Positions 44,465-61,349 are shown, numbered from the stretch's first letter. The stretch is DNA of 64,000 bases from the human T2T-CHM13v2.0 reference genome, Homo sapiens (GCF_009914755.1 NC_060928.1); one strand, 5' to 3'. Numbers and translations: made by a program. Notes: generated by a model from the sequence alone, not told the origin.

Positions 44465-44890
44465 GCATACATAAGTGAGATTATACAGTATTTTTATTTC
44501 TGTGTTAGCTTATTCCACATAGCATAATTTCCTCTATGTACATCCATGTTGCTGCAAAAGGCAGGAGCTCCTTCTTTTTAAAGGCTGAATTACATTTCAT
44601 TATATATATATCACACTTCCTTTATCCACTCATCCATAGATGGACACTTTTGTTGTTGTTATACCTTGGCTATTATAACTAACACTGCAATGAACATCTA
44701 AGTGAAGATATTTCTACATGGTGCTGATTTCTCCATGGTGCTGATTTAATTTCCTTTGCATATATACCAGAAGAGGGATTGGTGTATTACATGGTAGTTT
44801 TATTTTTATTTTTTTGAGGAAGTCCTGTATTATTTTCCATATGACTATTATCAATTGACGTTTTCACCAACAATGTACAAAAGTTCCCAT
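44465..44890 (-). mobile_element. L1M 3' fragment
   Basis: ATAAGTGAGATTATACAGTATTT, AAGGCTGAAT...TTTATCCACTCATCCATAGATGGACAC. Confidence 0.75.
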
Positions 44891-45783
44891 TCAATTACCT
44901 CCCATCAGGTCCCTCCCATGACATGTGGGGATTATGGGAGCTATAATACAAGTTGAGTTTTGGGTGGGTACACAGACAAGCCATATTGTTCTCTGGCCCT
45001 TCCAAATCTCGTGTCCTCACATTTCAAAATGCCTTTCAATCATGCCTTCCCCAACAGTCCCCAAAGTCTTAACTCATTTCACCATTTACTCAAAAGTCCA
45101 CAGTCCAAAGTTTCATCTGTGACAAGGCAAGTCCCTTCTGTCTATGAGCCTGTAAAATCAAAAGCAAGTTAGTTACTTCCTAGATATAATGGGAGTACAG
45201 GCATTGGGTAAATACACTATTCCAAATGGGAGAAATTGGGCAAAACAAAGGGGCTACATGCCCCTGTGCAAATTCAAAATCCAGTGGGGCAGTCAAATCT
45301 TAAAGTTTCAAAATGATCTTTTATTCCATGTCTCACTCCCAGGTCACACGGATGCAAGAGGTGGGTTCCCATGGTCTTGGACAGCTCTACCCCTGTGGCT
45401 TTGCAGGGTACAGTTTTCCTCCCGTCTGCTTTCAGGGGCTGGCATTACTCAATGCCTGCAGCTTTTCCAGGTGCATGGTGCAAGCTGTCAGTGGCTCTTC
45501 CATTCTGGAGTCTGGAAGACGGTGGCCCTCTTATAGCCCCGCTAGGCAGTGCCCCAGTGGGGACTCTGTGTGGGGGTTCCCGCCCCACGTTTCCTTTCCA
45601 CACTACCCTAGCAGAGGTTCCCCATGAAGGATCTGCTGCTGCAGCACACCTCTGTCCGTACATCCAAGCATTTCCATATTCCTCTGAAATCTAGGCAGAG
45701 GTTCCGAAACCTCAATTCTTGACTTCTGTACACCCGCAGGCTCAACACCACATGTAAGCTACCAAAGCTTGGGGCTTACACCT
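44891..45783 (-). mobile_element. THE1/MST MaLR fragment (partial 3' LTR 44891-44986 plus internal region)
   Basis: Reverse complement of the THE1-type LTR start, followed by MaLR internal sequence (AAAATCAAAAGCAAGTTAGTTACTTCCTAGATA, CTAGGCAGTGCCCCAGTGGGGACTCTGTGTGGG). Confidence 0.85.
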
Positions 45784-46332
45784 TGTATTAGTCAGGGTTC
45801 TCTAGAGGGACAGGACTAATAGGACAGATGTATATATGAAAGGAAGTTTATTAAGGAGTACTGACTCTCATGATCACAAGGTCAAATCCCACAATAGGCT
45901 GTCTGCAAGCTGAGGAACAAGGAAGCCAGTCCGAGTCCCAAACCTCAAAAGTAGGAAAGCTGACAGTACAGTCTTCAGTCTGTGGCCAAAGGCCTGAGAG
46001 CCCCTTGCAAACCACTGTTGTAAGTCCAAGAGTCCAAAAGCTGAAGAACTTGGAGTCGAATATTCAACAGCAGGAAGCATCCAGCACAGGAGAAAGATGA
46101 AGTGTGGAAGACTGAGCCAGTCTCGTCTTTCCAGGTTCCTCTGCCTCCTTTTATCCTAGTCATGCTGGTAGCTGATTAGATGGTGCCCACTCGCACTGAG
46201 GGTGGGTCTGCCTCTCCCAGTCCACTGACTCAAATGTTAATCTCCTTTGGCAACACCCTCACAGAAACACCCAGGAACAATATCTTGCATCTTTCAATCC
46301 AATTAAGTTGATGATCAATATTAACCAACACA
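45784..46332 (-). mobile_element. MLT2A-type LTR (3' LTR of HERV-L)
   Basis: TGTATTAGTCAGGGTTCTCTAGAGGGACAG ... CAATATTAACCAACACA. Polypurine tract adjacent on the minus strand. Confidence 0.88.
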
Positions 46333-49300
46333 AATTTACCCCTTGTCAATTTGAAGTCCTACGCATCTACTGAAATCATACATAATCTTCAAATAAAGAC
46401 AATAATAAGGTCATAATTACACCTAACATAATACAGCTATCCTTTGTACAACTGGAAGTACACCAATCCCCAACCCAAATGCTATAACATAAAGTTAACA
46501 ACACTTAAATGCTGATATGAAGTCAATAAATCTTATGTCACATGATAAAGGAAAAAGGAAATAAAATGAAGATATTTTCTTAGCACAAGTGTATACATGC
46601 ATAAACATGCTCTTAACAAAATAAGGAGGAAATACTCCTAACAATTACAGTCCTCCTTTCTGCAACTGGTCACATGATTGTAGCTTGGATTGATGACAAC
46701 CTTCTTCTACTACCCATTCTGTATTTCCTTTGCCTTCAGCAAGCACCTCAGCAGATCCTGGTGGAATGACCCAATCCTGCATTTCTAAAGGGTCTGGGCC
46801 ATTTGTAGGTCTGCCTGCATTGAGTTGTTGTAGTTTCCCATTGACCTTAAGCACAGGGCATGGTGATAGTAAGAGATGCCCTAAGGGATCTCCTGTATTC
46901 CACACATACTCTTCCTTACCTCCATTGTGGAAGACTAGACTGATTTTATCTTGATAGTCTGAGTCAATCACTCCAGCCAACACTGTAACTCCCTTATTAG
47001 CCTGTTGACTTAAAGGTAGGAGGAGACCAAGGTGGCCAGATGGCAATCTTAACTTGCAGTTCAATAGAATCATTTTTGTGTCTCCTGGAGGCAACATTCC
47101 TCCTTCTGGAACTAAGACCTCTAGGCCAGGAGAATGTAATGTTATGGGAACAGGAAGGAAAACTTTTGCTAGTGGATCACTAGGGGTGATGGTGAGTGGT
47201 GCCACTTCCACTTCCACCCCTTGATTCCTGGACCCGTGAATCCTGGCTATGGGAGAAACAGTACCATATGTAGGACACTGATTCAGAACATTCATAGCTT
47301 TCTGAAGAACTTTGCTTCAGCCCTGCAAAGTACTGTCACCTAGGTGGCATTGTAATTGTGACTTCAAATGGCCATTCTACCATTCTATCAATCCAGCTGC
47401 TTCAGGATGATGAGGAAAATGGTAAGACCAGTGAATCCCATGAGTGTGAGTCCACTGCTGTACTTCTTTAGCCATAAAGTGAGTACCTTGGTCAGAGGCA
47501 ATGCTATGTGGAATAACATGATGGTGGATAAGGCATTCCTTGAGTCCATGGATGGTAGTCATGGAAGAAGCATTGTATGCAGGAGAAGCAAACCCATAGC
47601 AAGAGTAAGTGTCTATTCCAGTGAGGACAAACCGCTGACCTTTCCATAATGGAAGAGGTCTAATAGAGTCAACCTGCCACCAAGTAGCTATCTGATCACC
47701 CCAGGGAATTGTGCCATATCAAGGACTCAGTGATGGTCTCTGCTACCCAGTGGTGGCCCAGTTTGGTGGTGGTCAGCCTTGGTGAGTGGAAGTCCATGTT
47801 GCTGAGCCCAGGCATAACTTCCATCCCTGCTACTATGGCCACTTTGTTCATGGGCCCATTGGACGATGACAGGGCTGGCTGGGGAAAGAGGCTGAGTGGT
47901 GTCCACAGAATGAATCATCCTATACACTTCATTATTAAAATCCTCCTCTGCTGAGGTCACACTTTAGTGAGCACTCACATGAGATACAAATATCTTCACC
48001 ATTTTTGACCACTTAGAGAGGTCCATCCACATACCTCTTCCCCAAATTTTTTGTCACCAATTTTCCAATCATGCTTCTTCCAAGTCCAGGATCACCTATC
48101 CAAACCATTGGCTACAGCCCATGAATTGGTATATAATCACATATCTGGCCAGTTCTTCTTCCAAGCAAAGTGCACAATCAGGTACAGAGCTTGAAGGTCT
48201 GCCCACTGGGAGATTTCCCTTTGCCACTGTCCATTAGGGATGTCCTAGAAAGGGGCTGTAGTGCAGCAGCAGTCCACTTTTGAGTGGTGCCTACTTATCA
48301 TGCAGAGCCAGGCCCTAGTTTTCTCTTCCTCTGTCAATGGATCATAGGGAACTCCCTATAAGGCCATCAGTTCAGGCTGGGGAGAGAAGGCACAGTGGCA
48401 GGAGTGGGGACAGTGGGCATTTAAGCCACTTCCTCGTGTTACTTACTTTTACCCTCAGGACTTATTTGAGCCCAGTTATGTGTATACCACTTCCATTTGG
48501 TTATGGAATGCTGTTGTGCCCACTTTAAGACTAGATGGGGCAGAAAGCACCCAGTTTATGACAGGCAGTTCAGGTCGCATGGTGACTTGATGACCCATAG
48601 TTAAATATTCAGTTTCTACCAAAGCTTAGAAATAGGCCAAGAGCTGTCTCTCAAAAGGAGAGTAGTTATCTGCAGAAGATGGCAGGACCTCGCTCCAAAA
48701 TCCTAGAGATCTCCACTGTGATTCACCTATGGGAGCCTGCCAAAGGCTCCAAACAGCATCCCTATCACCACTGACACCTCAGTGTCAGCACCTTTTGATC
48801 TGCTGGGTCATGTGGCCCAAGGAGCAGAGCAGCTTGCACAGCAGCCTGGACCTATTGCAGAGCCTTCTCCTGCTCTGGGCTCCACTCAAAACTGGTGGCC
48901 TTTCAGGTCACTTGATAAACGGGCTGGATTAACACACCCAGATGAGGAATGTGTTGCCTCCAAAATACAAATAGGGGCACTAGGTGTCGTTCCTCTTTCT
49001 TGGTTGTAGGAGGGGCCAAATGCAGCAACTTATCCTTCACCTTAGAAGGAATATCTCAAAAGGCCCCACACCACTGGGCCCCTAGAGACTTTACTGAGGT
49101 AGAAGGTCCCTGAATTTTAGTTGGATTTATTTCCCACCCCATGGCACACAAATGTCTTACCAATAAGTCCAATGTGTTTGTTACTTCCTGCTCACTGGAT
49201 CCAATCAGCATAGTGTTATCAATGTAATGGACCAGTGTGATATTTTGTGGAGGGGAAAAGCAATCAAGATCTCTGCAAACAAGATTATGGCACAAAGCCA

Positions 49301-49800
49301 GAGAGTTGATATACCCCCGAGGTAGGACAGTGAAGGTATATTGCTGGCCTTGCCAGCTGAAGGCAAATTGCTGCCGGTGGGCCTTATGGATAGGAATGGA
49401 GGAAAAGGTATTTGCCAATCAATAGCTGCATACCAGGTACCAGGAGATGTGTTAATTTGATCAAGAAATGAAACTGCATCTGGTACAGCAGCTGCAATTG
49501 GAGTCACCACTTGGTTAAGCTTACAATAATCTACTGTCATTCTCCAATATCCATCTGTTTTATGCACAGGCCAATTGGGAGAGTTGAAGAGGAATGTGGT
49601 GGGAATCACCACCCCTGCATCTTTCAAGTCCTTGATGGTGCCACTGATCTCTGCAATCACTCCAGGGATGCGATATTATTTTTTGATTTACTATTTTTCT
49701 AGTTAGAGGCAGCTCTAATGGATCAATTTGGCCTCTCCCACAGTAATAGCCCTCATCCTACCAGTCAGGGAGCCAATGTGAGGATTCTGCCAGCTGGTAA
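46333..49800 (-). mobile_element. HERV-L internal region, 5'-truncated: RT, RNase H, integrase and dUTPase relics
   Basis: RT: [41 protein letters not shown]: SIASDQGTHF, HPEAAGLIE. dUTPase ORF 46645-47295 (VTVLAGVIDSDYQDKI). No env. Multiple frameshifts. Confidence 0.92.
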
Positions 49801-52074
49801 GGCCATCAAATTCTACAATTACGTTTCATTATGTATAGGAATAATATGCTATTTGTTCTATGTATTGAGAGAAACCTTTAGCTCAGTAGTGCTTCTCAAT
49901 GTTTTTAATCAATGTATCCCAATAACAGAGAACACCCTGAAATTTGAGAGTACAGCTCAAAATAAGTTCATTTCATGAGCAACCAAAAATTCATGTAATT
50001 TTGAATTAACTGCAAAAATATTTTGCAGCATTAAATTAGTATTTTAACTTACTTATTTTTCCAAAATGTTTTAATAAAATTAATTAGACTGAAAAGCCTT
50101 GACATTTTAACTTATTTTTGGACATTTAAATTTATTTTTAGAACTCCAGCACATAGCCATTTGACCTAATATGAGAAGCTTGAGCATACAGCCAAAGTTC
50201 AGTATTTGTCTCTAAGTTTAGCCTTCTGTAACTGTTTAACATAGGGTAATTTATTCAATCTGTATGAGCCTCACATTTCTCAGTTGACAACAGAGATACA
50301 TATTTTTACTTGGCAGCATAATTGTAAATGTTGAAGTTAAATGAGAGGTTGCAATGAGTTCAAGTGTAGATTTTAAAAAGGTGAAATCATGACTCTTATG
50401 TAAAAATAAAATGAACCCTTGTCAAAAAATTTATTCACCTCCTTAATTATAAGAAAGATGTTATGAATGGTCCAAAGAGCTTTTGTGAAGTAGGTTTAAG
50501 TTGACAAGTTAACAAAGAAATGTTAGGAGTTTTGGGGTGGGTGCAAAACTGATTAATGTCCAATAGAACCTTAAACTCTTACCTCTGGAATGATCAGTTT
50601 CACCAGACAGAAATAATCTGCAATTTGAACAGGTAAGAATATGCAAGTTAACTTCTGCCTTGACACATTAATAAATTGTCTCATCAATAGAAAGTCAAAC
50701 TCAGCACTACACTGAAAAAAGCCTAGTAATCTCTTCTGCCCATTTCTAATTTTTAGATGAGTCTAAGAGTGAATGGGGATTGCAGAAATAACTGCATTTA
50801 TAAAATTAATGTAGAATTCATTTTTAAATGGCTAGGGAAAATTTTAAAAATTATAATATTTTAAACATTAAATGTGTATTATTTTTTAGGTAATGCATGT
50901 AAATTTTATATTTATTTTTCACCACAACTCTGAGTGGTATCTTAAGGATTTTCACCATTGTTCAGACAGTGAAACTGAGGCTGGGAATATTATTTATATT
51001 TACATTCCAAAAATATTCTACCCCATCTCTTCAGCTTTTAACTGTATTTAGATATAATCCATCATAAAAGTAAAATAATAATTTTACTGTGGCTCTACTT
51101 CTAGCTACTGTTTTGGCTCATGCTGGTATCATATACAATAATGTTGGCTTTGTAGCCAGAGTACATGAAGATATCAATTCATACAATCTGGATCCTGAGA
51201 ATATAAGATATGAAAGACTCCTTGTGAGAATAAAGAAAGGGAGAGGGTGAGGAAGAGAAGATGAGAGAGAGAACTTACTGGTAGAAGAATTCAGAATTGC
51301 TGAGTTTTTGGGGCCCAATTAAAGCTGTTAAATGTTAATTTATACTTTTAGCCACCTGCACTTTGATAGATGTATTTTGTGATGTTTCTGTTTTGTTGTT
51401 GTTTCATTTTAAGCAACTCTCAGTAGGCTCAGGAGATATCATGACCAAGACAAGCAGTTGGGCTTTTCTTTTGTAAGAACACAGGAGAAGAAAACTTGTA
51501 AGGATACAGGTGCATTTGCGGGCATAAGTGTGACTAGTTGGATGGCTTCTATTTTCTTTGTGAAAAAGAATAACTGGTAGCTACTAAGTGAGGAGGAGCT
51601 GATAGAGCTGGAGATATAAGACAAAGTTAAATTCTTTCAAGTCTGAATCCAATAACCTCCTTCCTTCTCAGCATCTCATTCTTCTTGTGAGAATATTAAA
51701 CTGAAGGCATAAAACCAAGGGAAGAATTCAGAGGAAACTTTTCTTTTGTAAGGAGTTCAAAGAAAGAGAAGCCAAGAAGGAAATGAAAGGCTTAGTCCAA
51801 AAGATAGAAGCAGGACCAGGAAAATCAAAGGAGTGGAATTTTGAGATGTAGAAAGGCCAAAAGCAACAAAGCTGCATGATGCAGGGTTAACATAGGAGGA
51901 GAAAAACTTTTCTCAGTAATGAGGATGTTCTTAGCAACAGCAGTTTTTAACAGCAATATGAAAGGAAATTTTTTTTTAAATTTGAGGAGAAAGTAATTCA
52001 AATAAAATATGGAGTATATTTTTAAAAATTGTTGATATATAATTGATATACAAAAACTCTACATATGTAGTGCA

Positions 52075-52180
52075 TTTGGTTGGTGCAAAAGTATTTGCAG
52101 TTTTTGCCATTACTTTTAATTAAAAGTAAGTAACATTATTTTTAATGGCAAAAACCACAATTACTTTTGCACCAACCTAT
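52075..52180. mobile_element. MADE1 MITE (Hsmar1-derived) with an expanded centre
   Basis: TIRs TTTGGTTGGTGCAAAAGTATTTGCAGTTTTTGCCATTA / TAATGGCAAAAACCACAATTACTTTTGCACCAACCTA. Confidence 0.92.
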
Positions 52181-53969
52181 CACACAACTTGATGAGTTTA
52201 GAGATTAATATAGAGTGCTTTTAAACTATACTCTCAAAAATGTTGAAAAATACATTTATAATAGAAAGGGAAAGTTTGTTTTCTTAATATTTAAAGAGAT
52301 TTTTTGTGTAGTAATAAGAAACACATGAATATTTCATTAAAGATGGTCAGAGAAGTTGAACCAGAAATAAAAATGACCAATAATTAACTCACAACAGTAA
52401 TAACATAATGAAATGGATGCCATTATTTGCTATAAAACTGTTAAGTTATAAAAGAATGAACAGTTTTATATGCTACCTGTCAGTTCTAATTTTACATTCT
52501 TCTAGGGAGATGTAAAAGGCAATTTTCAATGTATAGGAAAGCTTGTAATAAAGTTGGTTAATTTCAATTTTTATATTTTATGTTAAGAACTTTATAAAAT
52601 ATAAACTATTCAAAGAATATATTTATATACCACAAAAATGTTTGTAATTACCCAATCAAGCATAACAATGCATAACAATTAAAAATGACCTAAATGTTTA
52701 AAAATAGGAGATTGGGAAATGCTCATATAAGGGAATATTAAATATCCATTTCAATTATACCTTCAAAAGGCGATTTACTATAATTTAAGAAATCATAATT
52801 TGTTATTAGGGTAAAAAAAGCCTTAAAACAATAGGTACTGTATCATTCCACTTACAAAAATTAACATATACATACCATCTGGGAACAAATATTACTTGGA
52901 AGTATTTCAAACAAAAAGTTATGCTTTCTGTTTGCTTTGTTCATTTCATTCCACATTTTAAACTTTGATCTATGGTAGTTTTATAATTGCAAAACAAAAT
53001 TCTTGAATTAAAAAATTTTGCAGTGAAGGAAAAAATAAAGTTAGAATGGTGAATGAAATGAAGATTTAGAATTGAGCCTAATTTCTTGGTAAGGTAGTGT
53101 TCACCTGGGTATTTTTCTTTCCAGATGGGAGGTAACCAATGGAGACTGAGAGTTGAAAAGCCAAGAATATATGTATTTCAAGTGCTTAAAGACAACCAGA
53201 ATCTTATCTTTTTCACTGATCACAGATCTTTTCTATATACCAAAAATACACTAATTTCTTTATTATTTCTCTGTGGAATGCCTTTTGCCATTTCTGTTTC
53301 TTAGCTCAGTGTTTTCTCCAATTCTTTTCAAAAATAAAATTAAAGTCCTACTGAGGTTCACGGTCAAATTAAGGTCAGACAAGGCAAAACAAACAAAATG
53401 TCTCCCTATTGTTCTGAAAGATTCTCTCAGGACTAAAACCTACTCTTATGTTTAATGCATTTTATCATCATCAGCTGTTAAATAATACTAAATGATCTCA
53501 CTGATAAGATTCAAATTTTGGTGCTAGAATAATGAAGTATAAACAAAAGTGCAGAAATAACTTAGATGTAAAATATGATTTTATTGTTACATATTTAATT
53601 ATTTCATGGCTTCAATTATGCTATGGGTCATATTGTATAACTGAGTGCCCACTGTGGGTTACACTTTATGTTATGCAAGTCTTTACTTAGCTCTGTGACC
53701 TTTTTAACTTCTCCTGATTTTAATGTGTTCCTTTGATAAAAATGGAGCTGGGCTAAAGCAACTTAATGTGCAGCAGAATCACCAGGTGATGCTACTGTCG
53801 TTGCTGTTCTAGGGACCACACTTTGAGAATCACTGAGTTAGCTGACATTTTAGATTTCTTCTAGCTTAGAAACTCAATAAATCTATATGCTCAAGGCAGT
53901 GCACTGATACAGTATAAGGGCACATTGGAATGTTTTAGCATCATTTACATAGACCAATCAGAAGACTGG

Positions 53970-54410
53970 TCCTAGCCCATGTAATGTTGTTATAACAGAA
54001 TATCTGAGTCTGGGTAATTTATTAAGAAAAGAGGTTTATTTAGCTCATGGTTCTGAAGGCTTGGAAGTACAACAAGCACAGAGCTGGCATCTGCTCAGCT
54101 TCTGGTGAGGGCTTTTTGTGTTGTGTCATAACGCGACGAAGAAAGTCAAAAGGGGCATGGACATGTATGAAGAGCCGAAACCTAAGGGGCAGCCTGGCTT
54201 TATAACAACACACTCTCGAAGGAACATCTCTGCAAAAACTAATCCAGTCTTGTAAGAGTGATAACTCACTCCCTACTGGAACACCAAGCCATTCATGAGG
54301 GATCCACCTCTATAACCAAAACACCTCCCACCAGCCCCACCCCCAACAGCACCACAGTGGGGATCAAACTTTAACATGAGTTTTTTTGGGAAAAAATAAA
54401 CCAGAGCACT
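53970..54410 (-). mobile_element. Solo MST-type MaLR LTR (MSTB-like)
   Basis: CTGGGTAATTTATTAAGAAAAGAGGTTTATTTAGCTCATGGTTCTG ... CCATTCATGAGGGATCCACC ... GGGGATCAAACTTTAACATGAG. Confidence 0.8.
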
Positions 54411-54542
54411 GCTAAAATCCTCTTTATTCCATATGTGTAGCATTTCTATGATATTCTTTCTTACAGCAAGATAAGGAAATCATTTCACACAGAAATAGAG
54501 AAAATTATTTTAATAACAGTTTACTTTAGACAATTTACTAGA

Positions 54543-57059
54543 TGCCTTAGCATTTTGCATATGCTGCAGAAAACAAAATACCTGAGACTGGGTAATTTTT
54601 AAAGAGCAGAATTTTATTTCTTACCGTTCTGGGGCTGCAAAGTTTGAGATCAAGGCACAGGTGCTGGCAGGTTTGTTGTCTGGTGAGGTCTCTGTTTCTA
54701 AGCAGTTGGTCTCTGCTTCCAAGAAGGCCTCTTAACTGCTACTTCTGGAGAGGAATTCCGTGTCCTTATGTGGCAGAAGGCAAAAGGACAAAAAAGCGAC
54801 AAACTCTCTCCATGAAGCACCTGTATAAGGGCAATTAAGAGAATTAATCCCATTCTCAATAGAGCAGCGCTGCTGGTCTAATCTCATCTTAATTGTCCCA
54901 ACTATTAAAATACTATCACATTGGCAACACCTGAATTTGGAAGGAATATATTCACAACACAGCCTTCTTTCCCTGCCTCCCCATTTGTGTTCTTCTCATA
55001 TGCAAAATACATTTACTCCATTTCAATAACTCCCCAAAGTCTTAACTCATTCCACCAACAACTTTACAGACTCAGTCCAAAATTTTATCTAAACATCATA
55101 TGGATGAGATTCAAGGTACAGTTCATCCTGAGGCAAAGTCCACCCCAGCTGTGAGCCTGTGAAATCAAACAACTTATGCGCTTTCGATTTACAATTATGA
55201 AACAGGTAAAGGACAGACATTTTCCTTCTGAAAGGGAAAAATAGGAAAGAAGAAAGGAAAGGTGTGGCAGGTCCTATGTAAGTCCAAGACCCAACAGAGC
55301 AAACAACATTAAATCTTAAGCCTTGAGCTCATCTTCTTTCACTCTTATGTCTCACCTTCTGGACACACTGGGATGGAAGTGGGACCCCCAAGGCCTCAGA
55401 TAGGTCTGCCCCCATCTGTGCTTCAGTTCTCGTGCATTGAAGTTGCATGCCTACGACTCTTCTAGGCTAGCACTGTACACTGGTCACTCTACTGTTTTGA
55501 GGTCTCATGGGTGTCTCTGCCTGCACTGCCTAGTAAACATTTTCTTTGTGGGGACTCTCTGTGGTGGCCCAGACCCCACAGGGCCCTGGGTATTGCCCTA
55601 TTAGGGGCTGTGTTTGAAACTCTTGGCCCTTTGGTGGTTCTCTGCCTGGGCCCTGAAGCTCTCTGGGACATTTTTTTGAAATCTAGCTGAAGGTAGCCAT
55701 GCCTCTACAGTTTCTGCATTCATTGAGTCAAAAGAGTTAGCACCATGATTATGCTGCCAAGGTTAATGATTTATGTCCCCCAGAGGAGTGGTTCAAGCCA
55801 CACTGGGGGTCACCTGGGCCACATCTGGGATGCTGAGGAGCTCTGTGCCTGAATGTGGGAAGCAGAGATCTGAGATGGCTCTGGGCAGTGAGCCTGGAGT
55901 TCCTACTGGCACCCCAGTCCCCACCTTCACAAGTATTCTGCCATCAAGGCCCTACCATTATGGATCTGCAATGAACGTGGCTGCCCCAAAGATCTTCAAA
56001 ATGCCTTTGAAGTCATTCTTCTATGGTTTGATAAATAGCACCTGGCTTCTTTCTAATCGCATGAATCCCTTTAGCATATGGTCACTTGCCCTTGGTCACG
56101 TCCTTGGTGTTCTCTCCTATACATGTTATACATTTTTCAGTCTTTACATAGCCAGGCTGGGAATTGTACAAATCTTTATGCTCTGGTTCCCTTTTAACAA
56201 TAAAAGTTTGTCTTTAAATCATATCTCTCTTCCTGCATTTCACTCTAAGCAATTAAAGGAAACCATGCAGTACCCTGAATTCTTTGCTGCTTTGAAGTTC
56301 CTTCCTCCAAATAGCCTAGTATATCATTTTTAAATTCTTGCTTTTCACAAAGTCCTAGGACAAAGACATAATTCAGCAAAGTTCTTTGCTACTTTATAAC
56401 AAGGATAACCTCTCCTCCAATTTTCCAGACCTTCTTTCTCATTCCATCTGAGACCTCATCAGAATGGTCTATAATGTTCATATTTCTACAAACATTCTGT
56501 TCACAGCCACTTAAGTAATCTCTAAAAGAATGAAGCTTTTATAATAGCTCTTATCTTCTTCTGCGCTCTCAAAAGAATAGCCTTTAATGTTCCATTCATG
56601 ACAGTATAGGCTTTTTCTAGAATTCACTTCAAAACTATTCCAGCCTCTACCCATTACACAGTTCCAAAGCTGCTTCCACACTTTTAGTTATTTGTTATTG
56701 TAATGTCTCAATCCTGGTACCAAATTCTGTCTTTTTGCTTCTATTTTAAAATATCTGAGACAGGGAAATTTATAAAGAAGAGAAATTTGCTTATCACAAT
56801 ACTGGAGGCACAAAAGTCTGAGATCAAGGCACTAGAATCCGGTGTCTGGTGAGGGCCTTCTTGCTGTGTCTTCACATGATTACCAGCTGAAGGACAAGCA
56901 AGGACTAACTCCCTCCATCAAGTCCTATTATAAGGTCATCTAATCCCATACACAAGGGAGGAGCTTTCATGGCCTAATCACTTCTTAAAGGTCCCACCTC
57001 TTATTATTATCACATTGGCAGCACCTGAAGTTTAGAGGGAACACATGTATACCATAGCA
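54543..57059 (-). mobile_element. Complete MaLR provirus (MSTC/MSTD-like): LTR 54543-54963, internal region, LTR 56728-57059
   Basis: Two homologous LTRs, TG...CA ends, 5-bp TSD CTAGA (54538-54542, 57060-57064), TGGTACC next to the 5' LTR. Confidence 0.85.
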
Positions 57060-57296
57060 CTAGAAAAGTATGTACCTAAACAAATGGTAGAGTTTTAGAT
57101 GACTTATTTATATTTCTTTTCTGGCAGTGCTTGCTACAATGTTACCACCTAGTAGAGAGTCCAAAGGCTTTTTTGTTATATTGAGTAGATTTGGCATTTC
57201 TTATATGAATTATAGATTTTTTGTGGATATGATTTTTATCACTTTAATATTGGGAAGGCCAGTGTTGGTTCTGCTTTTTCTCTCCAAATGACAAAT

Positions 57297-57314
57297 TATC
57301 TATCTATCTATCTG

Positions 57315-57352
<38 letters not shown>
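57297..57352. repeat. (TATC)n tetranucleotide STR
   Basis: About 14 units with one TGTC interruption. Confidence 0.95.
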
Positions 57353-58611
57353 ATCTACCAATCTATTAACATAGTTTTAGATTAGGATACAGATTTGTCA
57401 TTTGTCTGTTAAATTACTTAAACATTTTCACAAAAATGTATTTTTTATTCTCTTTTTCTTTCTTATTTTATTTAATATATTTATTTGCATGTTTATAATT
57501 ACTGAAAAGACACTACAAATAATAGAATAAACATCTGGGTTATGGGGAAAGAACAAAATGAAAGAAATTGGAAATGTTTTACTTATTTGTGCCACATCAA
57601 ATAAAAATCAAAGGCAACCAAGAGCCAAAATAGTCAAAAATATACAAAAAAAAGCAGGCAGAAAATACATATAGGACCTCTACCCCAGAGAATAGACAAA
57701 GGTAAACATAAGGTGACAGGCCTTTTAGGCAGTTAAATGTTTGTTCCTGGATTCAGAATTGGCTTTCTTTGTTTTTACAGGGACTGAAAGGTAATTTTAA
57801 TATACCTTTACTATAAAACAAAACACGTTTTACTAGGTGGTTAGGAAAGACAAAGTGCCAACAACAATGCATTGCTGGGAACCATTTTAGAACTGTTCAG
57901 TAAATAATACCCTTAGCTCCCCAGCATATTCTAAGCCAAGTGGGATTTGAAATACCACACCTACAGAGTATATTTATTATCTAGCTTTCCCATTGAAATG
58001 CCAATGCATAATGGAGTATTGTAACACAACTTGGCAGGAAAACAGAAAGTGCAGCTTTTTCTTTACATGATTTTCAAAAATCTTGTGCGATTGAACTGCA
58101 TGACTGCCATTAGAAGAAACAAAAGTCACACAGCTTTAGCACATCACCATAGTAAGAAAATGAAGGAGCCAGTGTTATCATTCAACTAACCATTTATTAG
58201 TTGTGCAGACCTTCAATTTGTGCAGACCTTCAATTATACAGCACAGTAGAATACCCAGTATAAAAAAATAAAAGTCAAGTGGCATTTGCCTTTTCACATG
58301 CCAGTCTTAATCTAAAAAACAGAGATTTGGAAGAAAATTTTCCAAGCATTTTCCATAGTGCAATTGCCCCAGATTTTCAGATGAGATTACATTTTGATAA
58401 AAGTATTTGTTAGCAGAAATGACTCTATTTTATATTTTAAGAAAATTAACAACTGACATTTCCTTCAGTCATTCTCCACTTTGATTTTTAAATTAATGTT
58501 CTTCTTATTCTGTTATTAACTGCAATACAGAAGAGAAGGTTAACGTTACCTAGATCGACTATTATTTGCTCCAGAATGTTTCTTTCCAAACTCAAATATA
58601 AACAGTCTTCA

Positions 58612-61260
<2,649 letters not shown>

Positions 61261-61349
61261 AAAATCTACCAGTTACAAATTTTCGTATTCCTAAACTACT
61301 AACTTTATCTTCATGTGCATTGAGTTAAGACATATGTAGTGGGATCAAA

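Noticed and set aside
58201-58234. 17-bp tandem duplication TTGTGCAGACCTTCAAT
   Set aside because: Common slippage event with no further structure.
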